Source of the DNA: Candidatus Omnitrophota bacterium
GTDB lineage: Bacteria; Omnitrophota; Gorgyraeia; Gygaellales; Profunditerraquicolaceae
Direction of reading: 5' to 3'
Assembly: GCA_963805065.1 (NCBI GenBank)
Contig: CAWDSS010000016.1
Span: 1,084-65,083 of the forward strand
DNA: 64,000 nt
Shown here one piece after another: positions 17,951 to 26,801 of the stretch. The notes under the pieces were generated by a model. That model worked only from the letters and a program-made list of their open reading frames with translations, searched no databases and had not been told where the DNA came from. Both the position numbers and the translations under genes were made by a program. Positions within the stretch are counted from its first letter, which is position 1. Every line of letters starts with the position of its first letter.

Positions 17951-19195
17951 ATGAAAGATAAGATTGTAGCTGTTGTTGATTTCGTTATCTATTGGTCAAT
18001 ATTGCTTATTCCTTTTACAATGGCCATAGCAATTGCTCCCATGAGTATTTTTATGGGTTTGCTGATAGCCTGCTTTTTAGCCAAAAAAGCCCTTACTAAG
18101 CAAAAACTATTTATCTACACTCCGGTAGTAATACCTTTCTTGGCTTTCTTTGTAATCTGTACAATTTCTGTTATTAATACGATAAACCTTCAGGATAGCA
18201 TAAGGGGTTTAATCAGGTATCTGCAGTATCTTTTTATATTTTTAATTATGGCTGAAGAAATAAAAGATAAAAAGTATATTCAAAGGATCGTGATTTCTCT
18301 GGTTGCAGGGCTTTGTTTGGTATCAATTGATGCGGTATGGCAGGTAATTACAGGGAAAGATTTTATCCGGGGGAATTCTGTTATAATCAATATCGGGCTT
18401 CGGAGGGCAACTGCGGCTTTTTCCGACGCGAATGTATTAGGTATTTATATCAGCGCAATAATCCCGCTGATCTTAGGTTTGGCAATTTATCATTTCAAAA
18501 AGAATAAGAATATCATTATACCTGCTGTAAGTTTCTTAGGATTAACAGGTTTAACGCTTACCTATTCGCGGCCGACTTTGCTGGCGTTGTATTTAAGCTT
18601 GCTGTTCCTGGCAATTTTTAAAAAAGACAAGGTTTTAATAGTTGTTTTGATTATAGCGGCCGTGATTTCTCCTTTTATTGCTCCCAGGAGTATTAAGGAT
18701 TATGCGAAGGAAGTTAATTACAACCCCGTAAGATTCATGTGCAATGATGACCGCATCGCAATTTATAAAAACTCTTTCAATATGATAAAGGCGCATCCTG
18801 TAATAGGAGTGGGAGTAAATACCTTTATGAAAAACTACAAGAGATACAAAGAATTTCCAGAGTACCGCAATATTATTACTCCTGATTTAATTTATGCCCA
18901 TGATAACTTCATACAGATGGCCGGGGAAACCGGTTTGTCAGGGTTAGCTATATTTATTTGTTTTCTATACGTCCTATTCAGGGAAATTGCTTATATATTT
19001 GGCAGCTTGAAGGATGAATATCATAGAATAGTATTGATGTGTTTATGCGCCTGCCTGATTGCTTTCTTAATAAACGGCCTTACTGAAAGCAGTTTCTATT
19101 ATTCCCGTGTGGCGGTTATGTTCTGGTTTTTAATTGGGTTTTCGCTTTCTTTTAAGAAGTTTGTTGGTGAAGAAGCGCCAGGTAAAAATGATTAA
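17951..19195 (+). CDS. O-antigen ligase/polymerase family membrane protein (Wzy_C/WaaL-like)
   Basis: about 10 TM segments and AHDNFIQMAGETGLSGL motif (H-N-x-x-L/Q-x-x-x-E-x-G) typical of WaaL-like proteins. Confidence 0.7.
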   Translation: MKDKIVAVVDFVIYWSILLIPFTMAIAIAPMSIFMGLLIACFLAKKALTKQKLFIYTPVVIPFLAFFVICTISVINTINLQDSIRGLIRYLQYLFIFLIMAEEIKDKKYIQRIVISLVAGLCLVSIDAVWQVITGKDFIRGNSVIINIGLRRATAAFSDANVLGIYISAIIPLILGLAIYHFKKNKNIIIPAVSFLGLTGLTLTYSRPTLLALYLSLLFLAIFKKDKVLIVVLIIAAVISPFIAPRSIKDYAKEVNYNPVRFMCNDDRIAIYKNSFNMIKAHPVIGVGVNTFMKNYKRYKEFPEYRNIITPDLIYAHDNFIQMAGETGLSGLAIFICFLYVLFREIAYIFGSLKDEYHRIVLMCLCACLIAFLINGLTESSFYYSRVAVMFWFLIGFSLSFKKFVGEEAPGKND

Positions 19196-20102
19196 AAACA
19201 TACTTGTGGTACGCAATGACCGCTTCGGGGAATTTTTGCTGAATATCCCGGCATTAAGGGCGATTAAACAAACTTATCCGCAGGCAAAAATAACGCTGGC
19301 AGTTAGTAAAGAGGTAGAAGGGCTTGCTAAGGCAATTGAATACGCAGACGTTGTTGTAATTTGGGATGTTGATTTTAGGAAGTCATTACGCAGGCATAAA
19401 TTTGATGTTTGCGTTATTCTGAATCCTAGTAAAGAAGCGCATACCGCTAGTTTATTAGCCGGTATTCCTGTTCGCGTAGGTTACAACAGGAAATGGGGGT
19501 TTTTATTAACCCATAAGATTGCAGATAAAAAAGACCTCGGTTTGAAACATGAAATTGACAGCAATCTTGAATTAGTCAGCCTGATAGGAGCCGATACCAA
19601 AGACAAAAGTTTATCTTTGGGCAGGCTTCCCGTCTACAGCAATACCAAATACATGGACGCAGTGGCAGTGCATCCTTTTACAAGTGACCCACGAAAAGAT
19701 TGGCCTATTGAGAGATTCCAGGGGTTAATAAATAAAGTTACCCGAGACCTCGGCAACAAGGTGATAATCATCGGTAAGCTTGAAGATATCAACAAAGCAA
19801 GGGATTTTTCAGAGGTTTCAGGTGAAACAGTTATTAATCTGGTTAATAAAACAACTTTAGTGGAATTAGCTAATATTCTAAAGCAGTGTAAGCTGTTGGT
19901 AACTGGCGATAGCGGCCCCATGCATATGGCTTGCGCAGTAGGAACTCCTGTAATTGCATTATTCAGAAATGATTTGCCGGGAAAAACCGCCTTAAGGTGG
20001 GGTCCAAAATCTAACGGCAGCATTATTATTGAAAATAATAATCTTTCCAATATCTCAGTTGATGAGGTATTTGTCAAGATAAGAGAGGTGTTAAATAGAT
20101 GA
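19188..20102 (+). CDS. glycosyltransferase family 9 (heptosyltransferase-like)
   Basis: start moved to ATG 19188 (ATGATTAA overlap with upstream stop); ILVVRNDRFGEFLL and TGDSGPMHMACAVGTP GT9 motifs. Confidence 0.75.
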   Translation: MIKNILVVRNDRFGEFLLNIPALRAIKQTYPQAKITLAVSKEVEGLAKAIEYADVVVIWDVDFRKSLRRHKFDVCVILNPSKEAHTASLLAGIPVRVGYNRKWGFLLTHKIADKKDLGLKHEIDSNLELVSLIGADTKDKSLSLGRLPVYSNTKYMDAVAVHPFTSDPRKDWPIERFQGLINKVTRDLGNKVIIIGKLEDINKARDFSEVSGETVINLVNKTTLVELANILKQCKLLVTGDSGPMHMACAVGTPVIALFRNDLPGKTALRWGPKSNGSIIIENNNLSNISVDEVFVKIREVLNR

Positions 20103-21166
20103 TATATCCGATTATATTAGCAGGCGGTATTGGAAGCCGTTTTTGGCCGCTTAGCACTGATGCCTTGCCAAAGCAATTCTTAAATCTTTGTTCAAGCCAA
20201 CCCCTATTGTTTGAGAGCGTAAAAAGAGTAATGCCATTAAGTAATAAAGATAGCATATATGTAGCGGGAAACAAAAGCTATAAAGACTTGACCATTGCCT
20301 GCCTGAAAAAATTAGGCATACCTAAAGCCAACTTCCTTTTTGAGCCAACAGGTAAAAATACCTTCGCACCCATAGCCGTATTGTCCAAAATCATCTTAGA
20401 AAAAGATAAACAAGCTGTAATCGCTGTTTTTCCTTCTGATCACTTTATAAAAAATAAGGACAAATTCCTGGGAGCATTAAAAAAAGCAGTTGAGGCAGCC
20501 AAAGGAGCAAATATCGTAACGTTGGGTATAAGGCCAACAAGGCCAGAAACGGGGTTTGGCTATATTAAAGTAAAGGCAAAAGTAAAAAGCCAAAAGTTAA
20601 AAGTAAAAAGTCAAAAGGCAAAAGTAATGGATGTGGAAAAGTTTATAGAAAAGCCGGATTTAAAGACTGCAAAGAAACTGATAAGAGACAAAAGATTTTA
20701 TTGGAATGCGGGAATTTTTATTTTCCAAGCAAAAACTCTGCTTGATGAGATAAAAAGGACGCAGCCTAAGCAATACAAAATAATTTCTAAAATTAAAACC
20801 CCACAGCAAGCAGGCAAAATTTGGAAGACACTTCCTTCTGTGTCAGTTGATTACGCTGTAATGGAGCGAAGCAATAAGCTTAAGCTAATCCCTGTGGATT
20901 GCGGATGGTCTGACTTGGGCAGCTGGCAGGCAATGGAGGAAATTAAGAAGAGCGATAAGCGGGGAAATTTGTTTTTATGCAAGAACATAGATTTAGGCAG
21001 TAAGGATACCTTAGTCTGGTCTGACAGCAGGCTGATTGCAACCGTGGGTTTGAATAATCTTATTATTGTCGATGCAAACGATTCACTTTTAGTCTGCGCT
21101 AAAGACAAGGCTCAAGAAGTAAAAAAGGTTGTGGAAATCATAAGAAAAAAAGGAAAAATTAATTGA
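20099..21166 (+). CDS. manC: mannose-1-phosphate guanylyltransferase-like sugar nucleotidyltransferase, with Lys-rich low-complexity insert
   Basis: ILAGGIGSRFWPLS, PETGFGYI, FIEKPD motifs of the ManC/CpsB N-terminal domain. Confidence 0.75.
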   Translation: MIYPIILAGGIGSRFWPLSTDALPKQFLNLCSSQPLLFESVKRVMPLSNKDSIYVAGNKSYKDLTIACLKKLGIPKANFLFEPTGKNTFAPIAVLSKIILEKDKQAVIAVFPSDHFIKNKDKFLGALKKAVEAAKGANIVTLGIRPTRPETGFGYIKVKAKVKSQKLKVKSQKAKVMDVEKFIEKPDLKTAKKLIRDKRFYWNAGIFIFQAKTLLDEIKRTQPKQYKIISKIKTPQQAGKIWKTLPSVSVDYAVMERSNKLKLIPVDCGWSDLGSWQAMEEIKKSDKRGNLFLCKNIDLGSKDTLVWSDSRLIATVGLNNLIIVDANDSLLVCAKDKAQEVKKVVEIIRKKGKIN

Positions 21167-22230
21167 AAAAGTTCCTGATCATAAACCCGTTCGGCATAGG
21201 AGACGTTTTATTTACCACTCCGCTGATTAAAGCAATAAAAGATAATTTTCCTGATAGCTCAATAGGATACTGGTGTAATGAGAGGGTGAAGGACCTATTT
21301 AAGGGAGAGCCTAATATTGATAAGGTATTTGCCCTTTCACGAGGAGACCTGAAAAGGTATTCTAATTCATCTAAGTTTCTTGCGCTAAGAAAAATCATCA
21401 AATTACTATCGGATATAAAAAAAGAGAAATATGAGGTAGCGTTTGATTTTTCCCTGGACCACCGTTATGGTTTCCTTTCAAAAATCTTAGGTATTAAAAA
21501 ACGTATAGGCTATGACTATAAGAACCGCGGAAGGTTCTTAACAGATAAAATTGTATTAGAAGGATACAAATCCAGGCATATCGTGGAATATTATCTTGAG
21601 CTGTTGAAATTTATAGGTATAATAGCAAAGACAAATTACCTAAATTTAAGTATATCTGGCGATGGCAAACTCCAGGCAAAAGAACTGCTTATTGAGGCAG
21701 GCGTCAGGGAAAATGAATTATTGGTGGGGATTGCTCCGGGTGCCGGAGCAAGCTGGGGAAAAGAAGCCTATCTTAAGCACTGGCTGGCAAAGAATTTTTC
21801 CCAGCTCGCCGATAAAATCATTAGCGAATTTAATGCAAAAATAGTAATCTTGGGAGATTCAAATGAAAGGCAGATTATTCAGAAAATAATTTACTCCATG
21901 CGTTACAATGCGATTGATTTGGTTGGCAGGACAAATTTACAGCAATTATTGGGAGTTATCAGCAGTTTAAGGCTTCTGGTCACAAATGACGGAGGGCCAT
22001 TGCACATGGCAGTTGCCTGTGGAGTAAACACGGTTTCTATGTTCGGCCCGGTAGATGAGTTGGTTTATGGGCCGTATCCTGCGGGCCCAAACCATATTGT
22101 GATTAAGAAAGACTTATCCTGTCGGCCATGTTATAATAATTTTCGTTTCTCGGGTTGCGAATACAACCGTAGATGTATTGAAGACATAACCGTAGATGAT
22201 GTGTTTCTGGCAGTGAGGAAATTAATATGA
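21163..22230 (+). CDS. glycosyltransferase family 9 (heptosyltransferase-like), TTG start
   Basis: LIINPFGIGDVLFTTP and TNDGGPLHMAVACG GT9 motifs. Confidence 0.75.
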   Translation: MKKFLIINPFGIGDVLFTTPLIKAIKDNFPDSSIGYWCNERVKDLFKGEPNIDKVFALSRGDLKRYSNSSKFLALRKIIKLLSDIKKEKYEVAFDFSLDHRYGFLSKILGIKKRIGYDYKNRGRFLTDKIVLEGYKSRHIVEYYLELLKFIGIIAKTNYLNLSISGDGKLQAKELLIEAGVRENELLVGIAPGAGASWGKEAYLKHWLAKNFSQLADKIISEFNAKIVILGDSNERQIIQKIIYSMRYNAIDLVGRTNLQQLLGVISSLRLLVTNDGGPLHMAVACGVNTVSMFGPVDELVYGPYPAGPNHIVIKKDLSCRPCYNNFRFSGCEYNRRCIEDITVDDVFLAVRKLI

Positions 22231-23342
22231 AAGTACCAATTTTGGATTTAAGCCGGCAGTATAAAGTCATAAAGCAGGACGTGGCTGTTTCTTTATCTAA
22301 GACTTTAAAGCGCAGCGACTTTATTTTAGGAAAAGAAGAAAAATTATTTGAACAGGAATTTGCCAGGTTCTGTAGCAGGAAATTTGCCGTGGGGGTGAAT
22401 TCCGGCACGGATGCGCTTTTCCTGACATTGTTAAGTTTAGGTATAGGTCCGGGCGATGAGGTAATCGTGCCTGCGTTTACTTTTATTGCCAGCGCCTTCG
22501 CAATAAGTTTTACGGGGGCAAAGCCTGTTTTTGTGGATATCGATGAGCATACCTACACAATAGACCCGCAAAAAATAGAGAAAGCAATTACCAGGAATAC
22601 TAAGGCGATAATGCCGGTGCATCTTTATGGCCAGCCGGCAGATATGAATCCTATATTAAAGATAGCTAAAAAATATAATTTAAAAGTAGTGGAAGATTGT
22701 GCGCAGTCGCACGGAGCAAAATACAGAATTTCCCAAAACAATTGGAAAATTACCGGCGCTATCGGAGATATCGGCTGTTTTAGTTTTTATCCTACAAAAA
22801 ATCTCGGTGCTTTCGGTGATGCCGGCGCAATAGTCACAAATGATCCAAAGATACAAAATTTGCTTTTAATGCTGCGTGATTGCGGGAGAAAATCCCGCTA
22901 CGAACATGTTTTAGTGGGATATAATTCTCGGTTAGATACCCTGCAGGCTGCCATATTAAGAATAAAATTACGGCGCCTTGAGGCTTGGAATGTCATGCGA
23001 AGGCGAAGCGCCAGTATTTACAAAAGAGAATTAAAAGGTTTAAAATCCATAGTTCTTCCTGAAGAAAAAGAATATGCCCGCCATGTTTACCACGTTTTTG
23101 CGTTAAGGGTTGCGAACAGGCAAAAGTTGATGAAGGAGCTGATGCAAAAAGGAATTGGCGTGGCTATTTTTTATCCTATACCGCTTCATCTGCAACGGGC
23201 ATACCGCAGCCTAGGTTATAAACGGGGAGATTTTCCGGTTGCCGAGAAGGTAGCAGGCGACATTATATCCTTGCCCATATTTCCCTATCTAAAGGAAAAC
23301 GAAATCAAATTTATCATAAGGACACTCAAAGAAAATGTATGA
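22227..23342 (+). CDS. DegT/DnrJ/EryC1/StrS-family PLP-dependent sugar aminotransferase (ArnB/perosamine-synthase-like)
   Basis: GTDALFL, AQSHGA, SFYPTKNLGAFGDAG (PLP-Lys region) motifs. Confidence 0.85.
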   Translation: MKVPILDLSRQYKVIKQDVAVSLSKTLKRSDFILGKEEKLFEQEFARFCSRKFAVGVNSGTDALFLTLLSLGIGPGDEVIVPAFTFIASAFAISFTGAKPVFVDIDEHTYTIDPQKIEKAITRNTKAIMPVHLYGQPADMNPILKIAKKYNLKVVEDCAQSHGAKYRISQNNWKITGAIGDIGCFSFYPTKNLGAFGDAGAIVTNDPKIQNLLLMLRDCGRKSRYEHVLVGYNSRLDTLQAAILRIKLRRLEAWNVMRRRSASIYKRELKGLKSIVLPEEKEYARHVYHVFALRVANRQKLMKELMQKGIGVAIFYPIPLHLQRAYRSLGYKRGDFPVAEKVAGDIISLPIFPYLKENEIKFIIRTLKENV

Positions 23343-24114
23343 TAGGCAAGAATTAGAGCTTTCAGTAGTAGTTTTAACCAGGAATGAGCAAGACAATATT
23401 GCCGATTGCCTTAATTCAGTTACATGGGCAAATGAGATTATAGTTGTGGATGACGCAAGCACTGATAATACCGTCCAGATTTGCCGTAAATTTACCGACA
23501 AAGTATTTTCCAGAAAAATGGAAGTGGAAGGTACGCATAGAAATTGGGCGTATGCCCAGGCAAAGAATGCCTGGGTATTAAGCCTGGATGCAGATGAATT
23601 GGTAAGCCAAGAGCTTAAGGAAGAGATTAGCCTTACCCTTAAAGACAATATCAGGTTTGTAGCATTTTCTATACCCCTAAGAAATTATATCGGAAATTAC
23701 TGGGTACGTTACGCAGGATGGTATCCCGCGGGAAAAGTAAGACTGTTTAGAAAAGATAAATTCAGATACGAGGAAGTAAAAGTGCATCCGCGTGTTTTTA
23801 TAGAAGGAGAATGCGGGCATTTGACCAAGGATATAATTCACAAGGGCTATCCTGACCTGGCGCATTTCCTGGATAGCCTGAACAGGCAGACAAGCTGGGA
23901 AGCCGAAAAATGGTTTTCGCAAAATAAGCCTATGAAATTAGGAATATTTTTGTGGAGGACGCTGGATAGGTTCATTCGTACATATTTTGTAAAAAAGGGA
24001 TATAAGGACGGCTTTATAGGTTTTGTAATTGCATATTATGCCGGACTTTATCAATTCTTAAGCTATCTAAAATACCGCGAATTAATATTATTAAGAAAGA
24101 AAGGAAAAATATGA
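23335..24114 (+). CDS. glycosyltransferase family 2 (LPS-core WaaE/KdtX-like)
   Basis: LSVVVLTRNEQDNI..IVVDDASTDNT..SLDADE motifs. Confidence 0.75.
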   Translation: MYDRQELELSVVVLTRNEQDNIADCLNSVTWANEIIVVDDASTDNTVQICRKFTDKVFSRKMEVEGTHRNWAYAQAKNAWVLSLDADELVSQELKEEISLTLKDNIRFVAFSIPLRNYIGNYWVRYAGWYPAGKVRLFRKDKFRYEEVKVHPRVFIEGECGHLTKDIIHKGYPDLAHFLDSLNRQTSWEAEKWFSQNKPMKLGIFLWRTLDRFIRTYFVKKGYKDGFIGFVIAYYAGLYQFLSYLKYRELILLRKKGKI

Positions 24115-25157
24115 GAATATTAGTTACAGGAGGCGCCGGCTTGGTAGGAAGCCACAGCGCAGAATTCTTTGCTCTGGATAATCCGAAAAATGAAGTAATA
24201 ATTTTGGATAATTTGATGCGCTCTAAGATTTTCGGATATGACAAAGAATCGGTTGAATTTAACTGGAATTATCTTAAAAAATTTAAGAATATCCAGAGGA
24301 TTAAAGGCGATGTCAGGAATGAACAAGATGTTGCCAAGGCGATCGGGAAAGGCGTAGATGTGGTAATCCATACTGCAGGCCAGCCAGGTGTGCCTTCGAG
24401 TGTGCGTATGCCTTTGGAGGATTTTAGTATAAACGCATTTGGCACATTGAATGTTTTGGAGGCTGCACGTAAGAAATCTAAAGCTACAATTTTTATTTAT
24501 TGTTCAACTAATAAGGTTTACGGGGAGAACGTAGATAACATTAGCTTAGAGGAAAAAGAGAAGAGATACGTTTTTAAAGATATCCCGGGAGTAGATGAGT
24601 CTATGTGTACCGATTTAACGGGCCACACTCCTTACGGTGTTTCTAAGCTGGTGGGGGATCTATACGTCCAGGAATACAGCCACATTTACAAGATGAAAAC
24701 TTGCGTGTTCCGTATGTCGTGTTGTTACGGCACACGTCAATTTGGCTTCGAGGACCAGGGCTGGGTCGCCTGGTTTATTATCGCTACGCTGTTTAATAAG
24801 CCGATTACCATTTACGGTAACGGTAAGCAGGTGCGCGATATGCTTTACGCAGACGACCTGGTAAATGCGTTCAATCTTTTTATCAAAAGTGACCTTAAGA
24901 GAGGGCTGTTTAACATTGGCGGCGGCCCGGAAAACACGATTTCTCTTTTGGAATTCCTGGAGGAATTAGAAATTCTTACAGGCAAGAAGCCGAAAGTTAA
25001 TTTTTCCGACTGGAGGCCGTCTGATCAAAAGGTCTACATTACCGATACCTCAAAATTAGAGAAGACGCTTAATTGGAAGATTAAAATTAAGGTAAAAGAT
25101 GGTATTAAAAAGCTTACCGAGTGGGTGAAGGAAAATGAAAGTTGTTTTTCTGGATAG
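24111..25157 (+). CDS. NAD-dependent sugar epimerase/dehydratase (extended SDR)
   Basis: VTGGAGLVGSH glycine-rich motif, YGVSK (YxxxK) catalytic motif. Confidence 0.8.
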   Translation: MRILVTGGAGLVGSHSAEFFALDNPKNEVIILDNLMRSKIFGYDKESVEFNWNYLKKFKNIQRIKGDVRNEQDVAKAIGKGVDVVIHTAGQPGVPSSVRMPLEDFSINAFGTLNVLEAARKKSKATIFIYCSTNKVYGENVDNISLEEKEKRYVFKDIPGVDESMCTDLTGHTPYGVSKLVGDLYVQEYSHIYKMKTCVFRMSCCYGTRQFGFEDQGWVAWFIIATLFNKPITIYGNGKQVRDMLYADDLVNAFNLFIKSDLKRGLFNIGGGPENTISLLEFLEELEILTGKKPKVNFSDWRPSDQKVYITDTSKLEKTLNWKIKIKVKDGIKKLTEWVKENESCFSG

Positions 25158-25686
25158 GGATGGCGTAATAAATAAGTATCCGGGTGATTACGAATACGTA
25201 AGATCCTGGGCAGAGTTTGAATTTCTCCCCCGTGTTAAGGCGGCGTTAAAGCGGTTAAATGAGCAAGGTTTTAAGATTTACGTCATTTCTAACCAGGCCG
25301 GGGTCTCTAAGGGCATTTTTTCCCAGGAGAGCCTGGACCTGATTACTAAAAATATGCTCAAAGAATTAAACAATGAGCAAATTAAGATTGATGGCGTGTT
25401 TTACTGTACACATAAGCCTGAAGAAAACTGCCTGTGCAGAAAACCCAAGACAGGGCTGGTGGATAAAGTACTTAAGGCTATCGGGGTCAGAAGCGAAAAA
25501 GACAGTAAGAGATATTTCATCGGTGATACTATAAGAGACGTAGAAACCGGAAAAGCTGCGGGCTTAAAGACTATACTGGTTTTTTCAGGTAAAGAAAAGT
25601 TCGAAAATAAGTTTAACTGGGTAACCTCACCCGATTTTACTGCCAAAGACCTTTCTGAGGCAGTTGACTTAATCCTCAAAAATTAA
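25135..25686 (+). CDS. gmhB: D-glycero-D-manno-heptose 1,7-bisphosphate phosphatase (HAD-IIIA)
   Basis: FLDRDGVIN, ISNQAG, CTHKPEENCLCRKPKTG (Zn-binding Cys/His) motifs. Confidence 0.8.
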   Translation: MKVVFLDRDGVINKYPGDYEYVRSWAEFEFLPRVKAALKRLNEQGFKIYVISNQAGVSKGIFSQESLDLITKNMLKELNNEQIKIDGVFYCTHKPEENCLCRKPKTGLVDKVLKAIGVRSEKDSKRYFIGDTIRDVETGKAAGLKTILVFSGKEKFENKFNWVTSPDFTAKDLSEAVDLILKN

Positions 25687-26801
25687 TGCGCATTATAATA
25701 ACTTACGCCTCAGCCGGAGCGGGACACTTTAAGGCTGCGCAAGCTGTAGCTGCGTATTTCAAGGCTAACTTTCCCGGAATAGACATCCAATTAATCGATT
25801 GTTTGGATAAGACAAATTTTGTATTTAAATTTTATTATACTTTCGGATACAATTTGCTGGTAAGGCGCGCTCCCATACTATGGCGTATTGCTTTCTGGTT
25901 TACGCAGTTAAGAGTTTTACGCTCATTTACCGGACTTACTGCCCGTACTTATGACAGTTTGAATTCCAGGGACTTCATTGAATTTCTGATTAAGGAAAAC
26001 CCGGATTTTATAATTTCCACGCACTTTTTGTCATCAGAAATCGTCTGCCTGATAAAAAATCACCACCTAATAAAATCCAAATTAATTACCGTGATTACTG
26101 ATTTCGATGTGCACCCGTTCTGGGTATCTGGCGGCACAGACGAATATATCGTTGCCAGTAGCATTACCAAACAGCATTTAATCAGGTTGGGAGTAGATGC
26201 AGGGATCATAAAAGACGCTGGCATACCAGTCCATCCCAAATTTTTAAATAATTTTGATAAGATAGGCCTTTGCAAGAAACTTAAGATAGAGACAGGCAAG
26301 TTTACCGTATTGGTTGCCACCGGCTCCTTTGGCCTCGGCCCAATTGAGGAAATCATTGAAGCATTGCATAACGACGTGCAGTTGTTAGTAGTATGCGCTA
26401 ATAATAAGAATCTGTATAACAGGTTAAATGAAAAACCCTATCCCGGGGTTTGTGTGTTTGGCTTTGTGGATAATATGGAGGAGTTGATGGCTGTATCGGA
26501 CATGATTATCACTAAGCCCGGAGGATTAACCATTTCGGAAATCTTAATCATGGAACTTATACCTATATTTATATCGCCTATCCCCGGACAGGAATCCGGA
26601 AATGTGAGGGTTTTAAAGGAGTATGGGATTGGTTTTAGTCCGCAAAATATTTCAGAAATAAAAAATATCGTATTAGATTTCAAAGGCAACCCCGAAAAAA
26701 TAAATATTTCTAAAGTTAACATTAGCAAAATTAGAAAACCTGAGTGCTTAAGGGAGATTAGCGATGTTGTTTGCCAGAGTGGTCCTGGGACTGCATGTTG
26801 A
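25686..26801 (+). CDS. MGDG-synthase-family (GT28-like) glycolipid glycosyltransferase
   Basis: N-terminal ASAGAGHFKAAQA motif and C-terminal TKPGGLT motif typical of the UgtP/MGDG synthase family. Confidence 0.65.
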   Translation: MRIIITYASAGAGHFKAAQAVAAYFKANFPGIDIQLIDCLDKTNFVFKFYYTFGYNLLVRRAPILWRIAFWFTQLRVLRSFTGLTARTYDSLNSRDFIEFLIKENPDFIISTHFLSSEIVCLIKNHHLIKSKLITVITDFDVHPFWVSGGTDEYIVASSITKQHLIRLGVDAGIIKDAGIPVHPKFLNNFDKIGLCKKLKIETGKFTVLVATGSFGLGPIEEIIEALHNDVQLLVVCANNKNLYNRLNEKPYPGVCVFGFVDNMEELMAVSDMIITKPGGLTISEILIMELIPIFISPIPGQESGNVRVLKEYGIGFSPQNISEIKNIVLDFKGNPEKINISKVNISKIRKPECLREISDVVCQSGPGTAC

